Below are positions 20,146 through 29,561 of a DNA stretch of 32,000 bases, in pieces. Origin of the DNA: Moritella sp. JT01 (GTDB lineage Bacteria > Pseudomonadota > Gammaproteobacteria > Enterobacterales > Moritellaceae); assembly GCF_001574435.1 (NCBI RefSeq), contig NZ_LOCN01000033.1:6408-38407 (forward strand), in the 5' to 3' direction. The translations under genes were made by a program, and so were the position numbers. The notes under the pieces are model-generated. The model did not search any database. It saw only the letters and a list, made by a program, of their open reading frames with translations, and was not told the DNA's origin. Position 1 is the stretch's first letter, and each line of letters starts with the position of its first letter.

Positions 20146-20414
20146 CGTGATTTTCGCATGGGTTCTCATAAGGCTGGTATGAGCATTGTGTCAGTGCTTT
20201 TTCTACCTGACACAAATACACCTTAAAAACCTAAAATATCAATAGTTAAGGTAAAATAACGACCGCTTAGAGAAGATAAACTGAGGCACTAAAATAGCAG
20301 TAATATAATTTAGATTTAAAGCCTTTGCTTCTTTGCAAAGACTCCAAGTTCTTGCTTTTTCATCATTACCTACCCTCAATATAATTAAGTTAATGATAGG
20401 TAATTCATAGTAAA

Positions 20415-22970
20415 TTAAGCGGGTTGTAGCGTTTCGCTAATGTCTGCCTTTTCCGTGGCAATGAGTCCATCACTTGGTAAAAACTCTTTACCCCAACCCA
20501 AACCTGCAATTTCTTCTTCGATCATAGCTGCAATCTCAGCTTTATCATAACCAACGCCAGCTAAAATCTCTTGTGTAGAATGACCAAATCGCTCCGTTGG
20601 AGTAACAGATTTAATAAATGCTTCTACTGGACGAATAGCATAATGATCAACTTGTGTTAATTTGTGGCCACTAGGGTGATTTGGATAGATAGAAAAAGCA
20701 TAGCTTCCCCTGTCTATCCCTGCTGTCCCATTAATTTCACGACTGTATTGTTTACGTAAATCTTCAATGTTACGGGGGATGACGGCTGCAATATCAATCT
20801 GGTGTAGCGCATCGATCCATGTTTGAGATTTTTTGGTTACCAAAATGCTTGTTAAAAATACTTTTTTATCTTGAGCATCAGTCAGTTTTTCTAAACCTGA
20901 GATAGTGGCTAATTTATCTTGCTCTTGCATGTTAGAGTCAATGAAAATCCAACCGTCTAGGGTCTTATAGAAGTGTGACAAAGCATTATTCCCAAGTGCA
21001 TCACGACCAGACGGTTCATTAAATGGTGCTCGGCCTTCATAATCAAAAGCAAATGGGAGTTGCGCTAAATTTGTTACAGCTGAAAGCGATGTTCTTGCAC
21101 GGCTTACTTCACCAGTACGTTGTAAATGGAATAACGATGTTGCCATCGCTAAACCGCCAGCGAAACCACAATTAACATCGAGAGTACCCAGATGAGCATG
21201 TTCTTCTGGCGTTGCTATTCCACCAAATCTGCTCATGATGCCACTGTTAGCTTGGATAATATCATCGTAACCAATATAGTTTGTTTTAGGGCCTTCCAAT
21301 GGACCACCTAAACAATCTAAACGGCAGAACAATATTTTTGGATTAATAGCTAATAGGCTTTCTGAATCTAGGCCTAAATGTACCATTTGTCTGCTTGGCG
21401 CATTAATTAAAACAATATCACTTTCTTGTACTAAACGATTGAATACTTCACGACCTTTGTTTGACATTATATCTATTAACGCGCTCTTTTTACCCATATT
21501 AGTTAGGAAAGTAAAAAACGTACCGATCAGTGGGTCATACATAGGAGAGACAGTATCAATTTTTGTTACTTCTGCGCCAAAACGTGTGAGTAATGCCGCA
21601 GCATGTGGTCCTGCAATAACGTTTGTTAAATCAAGGATTTTAATACCGTCTAACCAACCTTTATGACTAACAATTGTTGAAGCTTCGGGTAAGTTACGCG
21701 CAGCTTCGTTGACTGATAATAAATCTAAAGCACGTGCAACGGTCACATTCATACGTGCTGTCGGTGTGACCATATCTGTTGCACATTCTTCTAACCATGC
21801 AATTGGGCCTGGCTGTTTCATTAAACCATACTGTGAGTCTTCAACTTTAACAATAAGACCTGATTTTTCACAATGTTCACTGTTTACCCATTCTTGCGTG
21901 GTACGATGTGGTGCACCTGGAATCTTTCCTTCACCAAAAATCCCCCCCCATTCTTCAGATGTCTTTGTAAGGAATGCCACTTTCATTTTTGTTGATATAA
22001 TATCGGCCCATTTTTTAGGTAGTGGATAAACACCGATTGATGTTTCTCCATCCCATTCATTTGTTGGTAAATGTAGATTTTCAACTTCAGGTAAACCATC
22101 ACTAATAAGTTCTTCATAAATGCCTAATGCCTTTAATGCACGTTTTGCATGATTTCGATGTGATGGGCAAACGCAATAAAACATGCGGCCATCTGCACAT
22201 AAATATGTACGATAAAATGGGTCTAAGTACTCTTGAAGGTCCTCGTAACTTAAATCCATTTCGATATTGTTTGCTTGACGATATTCAATTTCATGATCAC
22301 GCATTGTTTTATAACGATTTGGTAAATTTTCAACAACATAAGAATTATATGATAAGCCTTCCATTAGCGCTGCAACAATTGGCACCTCTATATGATCACC
22401 TCGGCCGCTTTTTTCTCTGGCATAAAGCGCCAAAATAACAGCGCTTGCGGCAAGTACGGTTGCGTATGAAGAACCTAATGGCAATGGAGAAAAACTTGGA
22501 TTTAAACCCATCAAGACTCGGTTATACCCCATATCACTAAACGCACCGGATGCAGCTGAAACGATTGCTTCCGTTGCTTTCCAGCCACTACGCAGTTCAT
22601 CATTACTTGCAAACCCAGGTACAGATAATGTAACCAAAGCAGGATTTTCTTGGCGTAGTGTTTCAAAATCAATGCCTAATTTTTTCATTACACCAGGGCG
22701 AAAGCTTTCTAGTACAACATCCGCTTTTGCTATTAAGCTCAGCGCTTCTTTCTGTTGGGTTGGGTCTTTCAAGTCTAGACGAAGACAACTCTTATTACGG
22801 TTCAATATGGCGTTGGCAGGGTGATCCCAAAGAGGGCCTGTCGGTGGATCAATGTGAATGACCGTTGCGCCTAAGTCAGCGAGAATCATTGCAGCACCTG
22901 GGCCAGCTATTTGCTGACCAAAATCGATAATAGAAATACCTTTAAGTGGTAATTGAATTTGAGTTGTCAT
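20415..22970 (-). CDS. dddD: DMSP-degrading class III CoA-transferase / DMS-releasing enzyme DddD
   Basis: 851 aa with two tandem CaiB/BaiF domains (KGISIIDFGQQIAGPGAAMILADLGATVIHIDPP... and DGIKILDLTNVIAGPHAAALLTRFGAEVTKIDTV...). It is divergent from a BCCT transporter, Fe-ADH, semialdehyde dehydrogenase and LysR regulator, the known ddd layout. Confidence 0.92.
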   Translation of the reverse strand: MTTQIQLPLKGISIIDFGQQIAGPGAAMILADLGATVIHIDPPTGPLWDHPANAILNRNKSCLRLDLKDPTQQKEALSLIAKADVVLESFRPGVMKKLGIDFETLRQENPALVTLSVPGFASNDELRSGWKATEAIVSAASGAFSDMGYNRVLMGLNPSFSPLPLGSSYATVLAASAVILALYAREKSGRGDHIEVPIVAALMEGLSYNSYVVENLPNRYKTMRDHEIEYRQANNIEMDLSYEDLQEYLDPFYRTYLCADGRMFYCVCPSHRNHAKRALKALGIYEELISDGLPEVENLHLPTNEWDGETSIGVYPLPKKWADIISTKMKVAFLTKTSEEWGGIFGEGKIPGAPHRTTQEWVNSEHCEKSGLIVKVEDSQYGLMKQPGPIAWLEECATDMVTPTARMNVTVARALDLLSVNEAARNLPEASTIVSHKGWLDGIKILDLTNVIAGPHAAALLTRFGAEVTKIDTVSPMYDPLIGTFFTFLTNMGKKSALIDIMSNKGREVFNRLVQESDIVLINAPSRQMVHLGLDSESLLAINPKILFCRLDCLGGPLEGPKTNYIGYDDIIQANSGIMSRFGGIATPEEHAHLGTLDVNCGFAGGLAMATSLFHLQRTGEVSRARTSLSAVTNLAQLPFAFDYEGRAPFNEPSGRDALGNNALSHFYKTLDGWIFIDSNMQEQDKLATISGLEKLTDAQDKKVFLTSILVTKKSQTWIDALHQIDIAAVIPRNIEDLRKQYSREINGTAGIDRGSYAFSIYPNHPSGHKLTQVDHYAIRPVEAFIKSVTPTERFGHSTQEILAGVGYDKAEIAAMIEEEIAGLGWGKEFLPSDGLIATEKADISETLQPA

Positions 22971-23450
22971 GATTAGATTCCAATTATATGAATTTCGATT
23001 TTATGATGTAAATTATTAATATCGTGTTCTTTCAAACGGATACTATTAGCAAAATAAAAATCAGACCAGCAACAAAAATTTAACCTTAGATGTGTTTTTT
23101 TTTATGGCTAAAAATAAAGTGACAAGTCTCATATTCTTACTTGTAAATCTTTGACATTTTCCTTTAAATAACAAAATACCACCTACGAGGTACCATTAAA
23201 CCACTGTTTTATAACTATAAAAAAACTATGACCATAGAGGTGATTTAAATTACTTTTCAATCACAGGTAACTGCTTAACAATGCAAACACTGAATTTATG
23301 ACCTGTTATTAAGTTTCAGCATCACTTTATTAACATTTATGACAGGGGTTTCATTGTTGTAAATTACGTATTAAAAGCCGAAATACAATACGGTGATATA
23401 TGACATTGTTGGTAGGTAATAATATTGATACATAATCTAAGGAGCTGTTT

Positions 23451-25010
23451 GTGAGTCATCAAAATATGATCGCGAAGGAAGGATTTTTTAAAGGTTCAAA
23501 TCCAGTCATGATGATTGGATCAGGGCTATTAATTTTATTTTTTATTATTTTTACAATTGTTGGTGGAGATTTTGCCAATACCATTTATAACAATTCAAAA
23601 CAATTTATTACAGATAATTTAAGCTGGTATTACATTGGTTTAATGAGCATATTTTTATTTATCTCAATCTGGTTGATTTTCAGTCGCTTTGGTAAAGTAC
23701 GCTTAGGCAAAGAGACTGATAGACCTGAATACAGTGATTTCGCTTGGTTTTCGATGCTATTCAGTGCTGGTATCGCCATTGGTATTCTATTCTGGAGTAT
23801 CGCAGAACCTATATATCACTACCAATCAAACCCCTTTGTCAGTGCCGCGATAGACCCTGAAGGTGCAAAACAAGTTGCGATGCGAGTGACTATTTTCCAT
23901 TGGGGATTACATGGCTGGGCTATATTCGCTCTTATTGGCTTAGCCTTATCTTATTTTTCGTATAATAAAGGACTACCACTGACGATACGTTCAGCATTGT
24001 ATCCGATATTTGGTGAAAAAATTTATGGCCCAATAGGCCACACAGCAGATTATCTAGCCGTGTTTGGCACTGTATTTGGTATTGCAACATCGCTTGGCCT
24101 TGGCGCTCAACAAATAAATGCGGGTATGAGCTATTTACTTGGTTTTGAAGTATCGACAGTCAATCAAATCATCATTATCGCCATTGTGTCAGTAGTCGCT
24201 ATCGGTTCGGTATTACTAGGTGTTGATAAAGGTATTAAAGTCATTAGTACCATCAATATGAAGCTGACGATTGTCATCCTGGTATTATTTTTGATACTCG
24301 GACCGACGGTTTATATTTTAAGTGAATTTGTACTTAATTTTGGTGATTATTTAACAAATGTTGTCGGACTTGGTTTTTGGGTTAACACTAATCCAGATGA
24401 CTCTTGGCAAGGTGATTGGACAATTTTCTATTGGGGTTGGTGGTTATCTTGGGCACCATTTGTTGGTGTATTTATCGCTCGTATCTCAAAAGGACGTACG
24501 ATTCGGGAGTTTGTAGCGGGAGTTTTAGTTGCACCAACAATAATGGGCGCGTTCTGGATCACCACATTTGGCTCTACTGCATTTTATTTAGAACAAGCAG
24601 GTGCAGGCATTATCGATGCGGTAAACACTGACATGACGATGGCCTTGTTTAAAACAATTGAAGCGATGGATGCAGGCTCAATAATTACCATCTTAATGGC
24701 TGTCATTTGTGTCGTAATGCTTGTGACCTATTTTGTCACTTCAGCAGACTCTGCGACATTAGTTATTTGTTCACTGGTGTGCATGGGTGAAAAAAATCCA
24801 TTACCAAGATACCGCATTTTCTGGGGCTGTGCGATAGGCGCATCTGCAGCAGTGCTGCTACTTGCTGGGGGCTTAAAGACATTGCAAACCGCATCAGTAT
24901 TGGCCGCACTACCATTTTCGTTCGTTATTATACTTTCTGTTATAGGCTTAATCCGTGCATTACATGAGGATTATCCAACTGAATCAGCAACACTTGCCGA
25001 GCTAAAGTAA
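23451..25010 (+). CDS. dddT: BCCT family transporter, predicted DMSP/betaine importer
   Basis: 519 aa with GTG start; GGDFANTIYNNSKQFITDNLSWYY, FGIATSLGLGAQQINAGMSYLLG, WTIFYWGWWLSWAPFVGVFIARISKGRTIREFV are BCCT signatures. Confidence 0.9.
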   Translation: MSHQNMIAKEGFFKGSNPVMMIGSGLLILFFIIFTIVGGDFANTIYNNSKQFITDNLSWYYIGLMSIFLFISIWLIFSRFGKVRLGKETDRPEYSDFAWFSMLFSAGIAIGILFWSIAEPIYHYQSNPFVSAAIDPEGAKQVAMRVTIFHWGLHGWAIFALIGLALSYFSYNKGLPLTIRSALYPIFGEKIYGPIGHTADYLAVFGTVFGIATSLGLGAQQINAGMSYLLGFEVSTVNQIIIIAIVSVVAIGSVLLGVDKGIKVISTINMKLTIVILVLFLILGPTVYILSEFVLNFGDYLTNVVGLGFWVNTNPDDSWQGDWTIFYWGWWLSWAPFVGVFIARISKGRTIREFVAGVLVAPTIMGAFWITTFGSTAFYLEQAGAGIIDAVNTDMTMALFKTIEAMDAGSIITILMAVICVVMLVTYFVTSADSATLVICSLVCMGEKNPLPRYRIFWGCAIGASAAVLLLAGGLKTLQTASVLAALPFSFVIILSVIGLIRALHEDYPTESATLAELK

Positions 25011-25025
25011 TAACAATCAAATAGC

Positions 25026-25046
25026 GAGGGGTTATTGGTTCCCCTC
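25026..25046 (+). other. Short GC hairpin between dddT and dddB
   Basis: GAGGGG (25026-25031) N9 CCCCTC (25041-25046), perfect 6-bp stem. Confidence 0.6.
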
Positions 25047-25070
25047 TATATTATAAATAGGAAGATAGTC

Positions 25071-26234
25071 ATGTCATCACAAGTAATATTACCACGCATA
25101 ATGCAAATTGGCGCTGGTGCAAGTAAAGATATAGTGAACGTTTTAAATAACTTGGGCGTATCTAAACCCTTGATAATTACAGATAAAATGATGGTCAAAT
25201 TAGGTTATGCAGCTCAAATCCAAAATGCATTAGCATTATCAAATCTAGCCGCTGAAATTTTTGATGACACGGTTCCAGAACCGACTGTCGCTTCGATTCA
25301 AAATGGTATCAATAAAGCTAAAAGTGGTGATTTTGATTGCTTAATCGCACTGGGTGGTGGCAGTCCGATTGATAGCGCGAAAGCAATCTCTGTTTTGTCA
25401 CAATTTGGTGGTGAAATGCGTGATTATAAAGTACCGAGGGTTGTTAGCGAGCAAGGATTACCCCTAATTGCAATTCCAACGACCGCTGGCACTGGTACTG
25501 AATGTACATGTTTCACGATTATAACCGATGAAAAGAATGATGAAAAAATGTTATGCGCAGGCGTTGGTTTCATGCCTGTTGCAGCATTGGTTGATTTTGA
25601 GTTAACCCTCTCATTACCAGCCCGAATTACCGCGGATACCGGCATTGACGCATTAACGCATGCGATCGAAGCTTATGTAAGTAGAAAATCGAATACGTTT
25701 AGTGACTCACAAGCTATCTCAGCGATGAAGCTCATCGCGCCAAATTTACGTAAAACATATCATGACGGTAATGATAAAACGGCACGTGAAAACATTATGT
25801 TAGGTTCTACGCTTGCTGGCATGGCGTTTTCAAATGCTTCGGTTGCACTTGTTCATGGCATGAGTCGTCCCATTGGTGCCGCTTTTCATGTACCTCACGG
25901 CTTATCTAACGCGATGTTATTACCTGCAGTTACCGCATTTTCTATTCCTGCAGCACCAGAACGTTATGCTAATTGTGCAAAAGCCATGGGCATTGCAAGT
26001 GAAACAGATTCAACTGATGTCGCCAATGAAAAATTGATTCTAGAACTTAAGGCTCTAAATGTTGAGCTTAACGTACCAACACCAGCTGAGTTTGGTATTG
26101 AGGGCACTAAGTACTTTGATTTGCTGCCTACAATGGCAAAACAAGCATTAGCGTCAGGCTCACCAAATAACAATCCTCGGGTTCCAAGCATTGACGAAAT
26201 GATTGCGATATATAAAGAGATTTGGGTTGATTAA
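25071..26234 (+). CDS. dddB: Iron-containing alcohol dehydrogenase, predicted 3-hydroxypropionate dehydrogenase
   Basis: Track ORF from 25035; SD AGGAAG precedes ATG at 25071 (MSSQVILPRIMQIGAGASKD). ALGGGSPIDSAKAIS, IPTTAGTGTECTCF, ALTHAIEAYVS, and NASVALVHGMSRPIGAAFHVPHG match Fe-ADH. Confidence 0.88.
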   Translation: MSSQVILPRIMQIGAGASKDIVNVLNNLGVSKPLIITDKMMVKLGYAAQIQNALALSNLAAEIFDDTVPEPTVASIQNGINKAKSGDFDCLIALGGGSPIDSAKAISVLSQFGGEMRDYKVPRVVSEQGLPLIAIPTTAGTGTECTCFTIITDEKNDEKMLCAGVGFMPVAALVDFELTLSLPARITADTGIDALTHAIEAYVSRKSNTFSDSQAISAMKLIAPNLRKTYHDGNDKTARENIMLGSTLAGMAFSNASVALVHGMSRPIGAAFHVPHGLSNAMLLPAVTAFSIPAAPERYANCAKAMGIASETDSTDVANEKLILELKALNVELNVPTPAEFGIEGTKYFDLLPTMAKQALASGSPNNNPRVPSIDEMIAIYKEIWVD

Positions 26235-26277
26235 TTACCCAACTTTTACATGTAGCATTTTATATTAATTTAAATAT

Positions 26278-26291
26278 AGCGAATATTCGCT
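26278..26291. promoter_or_regulatory. 14-bp perfect palindrome AGCGAATATTCGCT upstream of dddC
   Basis: Read directly; lies 21 nt upstream of the dddC ATG. Confidence 0.5.
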
Positions 26292-26312
26292 TATCAAAAG
26301 GGAAGAGCTCTC

Positions 26313-27854
26313 ATGAGTGAAGTAGTAATGGATAAATCTCAAGCGACAATAACAGAATTAACAACTATTGGTCAGCTGATTGACGGTGAAATGATTATTG
26401 ATGGTGAACGTAGTCAGCCTATCTTCAACCCATCGACAGGTAAGTCAGAAAAGAATATTGATCTTGCCAGTGTTGCAACTGTTGAAGCTGCGATTACAAG
26501 TGCTCAAGCGGCATTCCCTGCATGGCGTAATACGGCACCTATTAAGCGTGCTCGTGTTATGTTTAAATTTAAAGAATTATTGGAACAGAATGCAGAAAAA
26601 ATCTGCGAACTTATCGGCCAAGAACACGGTAAGATCTCTCATGATGCGATGGGTGAATTACAACGTGGTATTGAGAATGTGGAATACGCATGTGGTGCGC
26701 CAGAACTACTAAAAGGTGAATTTAGTAAAAATGTAGGACCAAGTATCGATTCCTGGAGCGAATTTCAACCACTTGGTGTGGTAACGGGTATTACACCATT
26801 TAATTTTCCTGTGATGGTACCTTGCTGGATGTTTCCAATGGCGATCGTGTGTGGTAACACATTCATTCTTAAGCCATCTGAACGCGACCCGAGCGCAACA
26901 CTATTCATTGCTCAGTTACTACAAGACGCGGGTTTACCAAAAGGCGTACTTAATGTCATTAATGGTGATAAAACCGCGGTTAATACACTATTAACAGATA
27001 AGCGTGTTCAAGCCGTTAGCTTTGTAGGCTCAACACCGATTGCGGAATATATTTATTCTACAGCAGCTGCTAATGGTAAACGTTGTCAAGCACTTGGTGG
27101 TGCTAAAAACCACGCCATCATTATGCCAGATGCTGACATGGACAACGCTGTAAATCAGCTTGTTGGCGCTGCATTTGGTTCATCTGGCGAACGCTGTATG
27201 GCATTATCTGTTGCTGTTGCTGTGGGCGACACAGCTGGTGACTTGTTGGTTGAAAAAATGACGATTGCAATGCAAGACTTAAAGGTAGGTCCATATAGCA
27301 ATCCAAAAAATGATTTTGGTCCTGTTATTACAAAAGCACATCAAGAAAAAGTAAATGCGTATATTGATAGTGCAGAAAAAGATGGCGCCACGATTGTTGT
27401 TGATGGTCGTAATCCTGAAGTGGTTGGATATGAAGACGGCTTTTATGTTGGCGGTACGTTAATTGATAACGTAACAACAGATATGTTGAGCTACAGAGAC
27501 GAGATATTTGGCCCTGTACTACAAGTTATTCGTGTTAATACAATGCAAGAAGCAATGGCGTTAATCGATGCTCATGAATACGGTAACGGTACCTGTATCT
27601 TCACGCGTGATGGCGAAGCTGCACGTTACTTCTCTGATCATATTCAAGTTGGTATGGTTGGTATTAACGTACCATTACCTGTACCAGTTGCTTATCATAG
27701 CTTTGGTGGTTGGAAACGTTCTTTATTTGGTGATTTACATGCGTATGGTCCAGATGGTGTTCGTTTCTATACTAAACGAAAAACAATTACCCAGCGCTGG
27801 CCTTCAACAAGTCTGCGCGAAAATGTTGAATTCGCAATGCCAACATTAAAATAA
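26313..27854 (+). CDS. dddC: CoA-acylating (methyl)malonate-semialdehyde dehydrogenase
   Basis: 513 aa; GVVTGITPFNFPVMVPCWMFPMAIVCGNTFILKPSERDPSA, QALGGAKNHAIIMPDAD, GERCMALSVAVAVG are MMSDH signatures; position within the ddd cluster. Confidence 0.9.
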   Translation: MSEVVMDKSQATITELTTIGQLIDGEMIIDGERSQPIFNPSTGKSEKNIDLASVATVEAAITSAQAAFPAWRNTAPIKRARVMFKFKELLEQNAEKICELIGQEHGKISHDAMGELQRGIENVEYACGAPELLKGEFSKNVGPSIDSWSEFQPLGVVTGITPFNFPVMVPCWMFPMAIVCGNTFILKPSERDPSATLFIAQLLQDAGLPKGVLNVINGDKTAVNTLLTDKRVQAVSFVGSTPIAEYIYSTAAANGKRCQALGGAKNHAIIMPDADMDNAVNQLVGAAFGSSGERCMALSVAVAVGDTAGDLLVEKMTIAMQDLKVGPYSNPKNDFGPVITKAHQEKVNAYIDSAEKDGATIVVDGRNPEVVGYEDGFYVGGTLIDNVTTDMLSYRDEIFGPVLQVIRVNTMQEAMALIDAHEYGNGTCIFTRDGEAARYFSDHIQVGMVGINVPLPVPVAYHSFGGWKRSLFGDLHAYGPDGVRFYTKRKTITQRWPSTSLRENVEFAMPTLK

Positions 27855-27884
27855 GCCGAATAATAAGTTCGAGCCTGTTTATCT

Positions 27885-27925
27885 TTTGTCTGTAGCCGCA
27901 AAAAAGTTTAGTGCTACAGACAAAT
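27885..27925. repeat. 12-bp perfect inverted repeat between dddC and dddR, possible weak terminator
   Basis: TTTGTCTGTAGC (27885-27896) / GCTACAGACAAA (27914-27925), 17-nt loop. Confidence 0.7.
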
Positions 27926-28105
27926 TATTTGAACAATAAAAATATATTTTAACCCATTAACATATCTAACTTTTTATTTTCATTCCGAATTAAATTAAGT
28001 TGAGCATGCTCTTAATATAAGTTTTTTATCTTAGATCTAAGTCTAATAAAAGTTAATTTTAGCATGATAATATTCGCGACAACATGTCTCATTTATGGTT
28101 CTAAA

Positions 28106-28987
28106 ATGAAAAAAAATCTCCCACCTTTAAACTGGTTACGCTCTTTTGAAGCATCAGCTCGCCATTTGAATTTTACACAAGCGGCGAATGAACTGAATTT
28201 AACTCAAGCTGCAATTAGTACTCAAATAAAATGCTTAGAAGCTAATTTAGGTATGCCTCTATTTACACGTTTACCACGTGGTTTAACATTGACTGATTCT
28301 GGACAATCATACTTACCACCCGTTAGCGAAGCCATTAATAAACTTGCAGCCACAACAAATGAGATTTTTGGTGATAGCAAAAAAATAAAAATTACAGTCT
28401 GTTCTAACCTCGTATTTTTTTGCCAATGGTTAGCACCTAAAATGGCATCCTTTTATGAACAACATCCTGATATTCTCATCCGTTTTACGAGTAATATTTG
28501 GGCCAATGATCTTGATAAAGATTCAGATATTAATGTGGGATACGGTCATGGAAATTGGGACGGTTTTAGATCTGACAGGTTGACTTGGGATGAATTAATA
28601 CCAGTATGTAGCCCCACATTATTAAGTGGTATGCCAATCCCTAAATGCCCAAGTGAACTTAATGATCACTCTTTATTGCATGTTATTGGTTATGAAGAAG
28701 GCTGGGGACACTGGCTTAACGCTACTGGATTTCATGATATTAATACTGATAAAGGGATGACATTTGATACGTTAGTATCGGCATTTGAAATGGCAAAATA
28801 TGGTCATGGAATTGCACTCGGACGTAGTTCATTGGTAAAAAAATCAATACATAAAGGTGAGTTAATAGCCCCCTTTTCGCAAACGATACCGACAACAGAA
28901 GGTTTTTATTTAAAAACACCTACAAATAAAATTGATAATAAAAAAATTGAAACATTTAGACAATGGATTCTAAGTGAAATTTGTTGA
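28106..28987 (+). CDS. dddR: LysR-family regulator (GcvA-like), predicted DddR
   Basis: Track ORF from 28064; likely start at 28106 MKKNLPPLNWLRSFEASARHLNFTQAANELNLTQAAISTQIKCLEANLGMPLF. It is the last gene of the ddd cluster. Confidence 0.85.
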   Translation: MKKNLPPLNWLRSFEASARHLNFTQAANELNLTQAAISTQIKCLEANLGMPLFTRLPRGLTLTDSGQSYLPPVSEAINKLAATTNEIFGDSKKIKITVCSNLVFFCQWLAPKMASFYEQHPDILIRFTSNIWANDLDKDSDINVGYGHGNWDGFRSDRLTWDELIPVCSPTLLSGMPIPKCPSELNDHSLLHVIGYEEGWGHWLNATGFHDINTDKGMTFDTLVSAFEMAKYGHGIALGRSSLVKKSIHKGELIAPFSQTIPTTEGFYLKTPTNKIDNKKIETFRQWILSEIC

Positions 28988-29015
28988 CCGTAATTATGTA
29001 GCCGATTAAATGTAA

Positions 29016-29047
29016 AAATACCCATCAACCGAAACTGATGGGTATTT
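29016..29047. terminator. Bidirectional terminator between dddR (+) and the DUF2127-like gene (-)
   Basis: AAATACCCATCA (29016-29027) / TGATGGGTATTT (29036-29047) between convergent genes. Confidence 0.85.
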
Positions 29048-29063
29048 AATAAATGCTCAAATA

Positions 29064-29525
29064 TTAATGTTTAACGTGTTCTTTTTTATTGCTGAAAAGT
29101 ACATAACTCATATACCAAACAACCAACACATTAATCAAAAATATACCGATATTAAAGAAACTAGCATGGGTAATTATTTCATATAGCTCGAAGGGTATAT
29201 ATATAGCCCCAGAAACCAATGCGAACCACTCAGTCCAGACTAATCCACGCCATAAGCCAAAAGCTTCAATAAATCGAATAACCGAATAACCAAATGCTGC
29301 CAACGCTAGCAATACCATCTGAGAGTCAGTTAGGTCGCTCGCGGCATTCAGAAACACACTGGATAAATGGCTCGCAGGGTTTAGATGAAAGTGCCTAACA
29401 AGCAACTCGGCTAATTGGTGAATATCACGCCCAGCTAAGGCATGAAGTCCAAAACCAACCAAAAGAGAAACGCTCCCTTTGAACCCTTCCAATACTGCAA
29501 TTGCACGTACACCTTTATTTTTCAA
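29064..29525 (-). CDS. DUF2127-like small integral membrane protein
   Basis: 153 aa; GVRAIAVLEGFKGSVSLLVGFGL...YSVIRFIEAFGLWRGLVWTEWFALVSGAIYIPFELYEI. Confidence 0.75.
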   Translation of the reverse strand: MKNKGVRAIAVLEGFKGSVSLLVGFGLHALAGRDIHQLAELLVRHFHLNPASHLSSVFLNAASDLTDSQMVLLALAAFGYSVIRFIEAFGLWRGLVWTEWFALVSGAIYIPFELYEIITHASFFNIGIFLINVLVVWYMSYVLFSNKKEHVKH

Positions 29526-29561
29526 AAATATAGCGACCTTTTTTACTTAATGTAACTAAAA

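Noticed and set aside
21439-22861. Several plus-strand ORFs (75-106 aa) inside dddD
   Set aside because: All are antisense to dddD, with no recognisable domains.
20415-28987. Possibility that the accessory block is a previously undescribed system
   Set aside because: Gene content and layout match the known ddd DMSP clusters; only its flanks and regulatory details look unusual.
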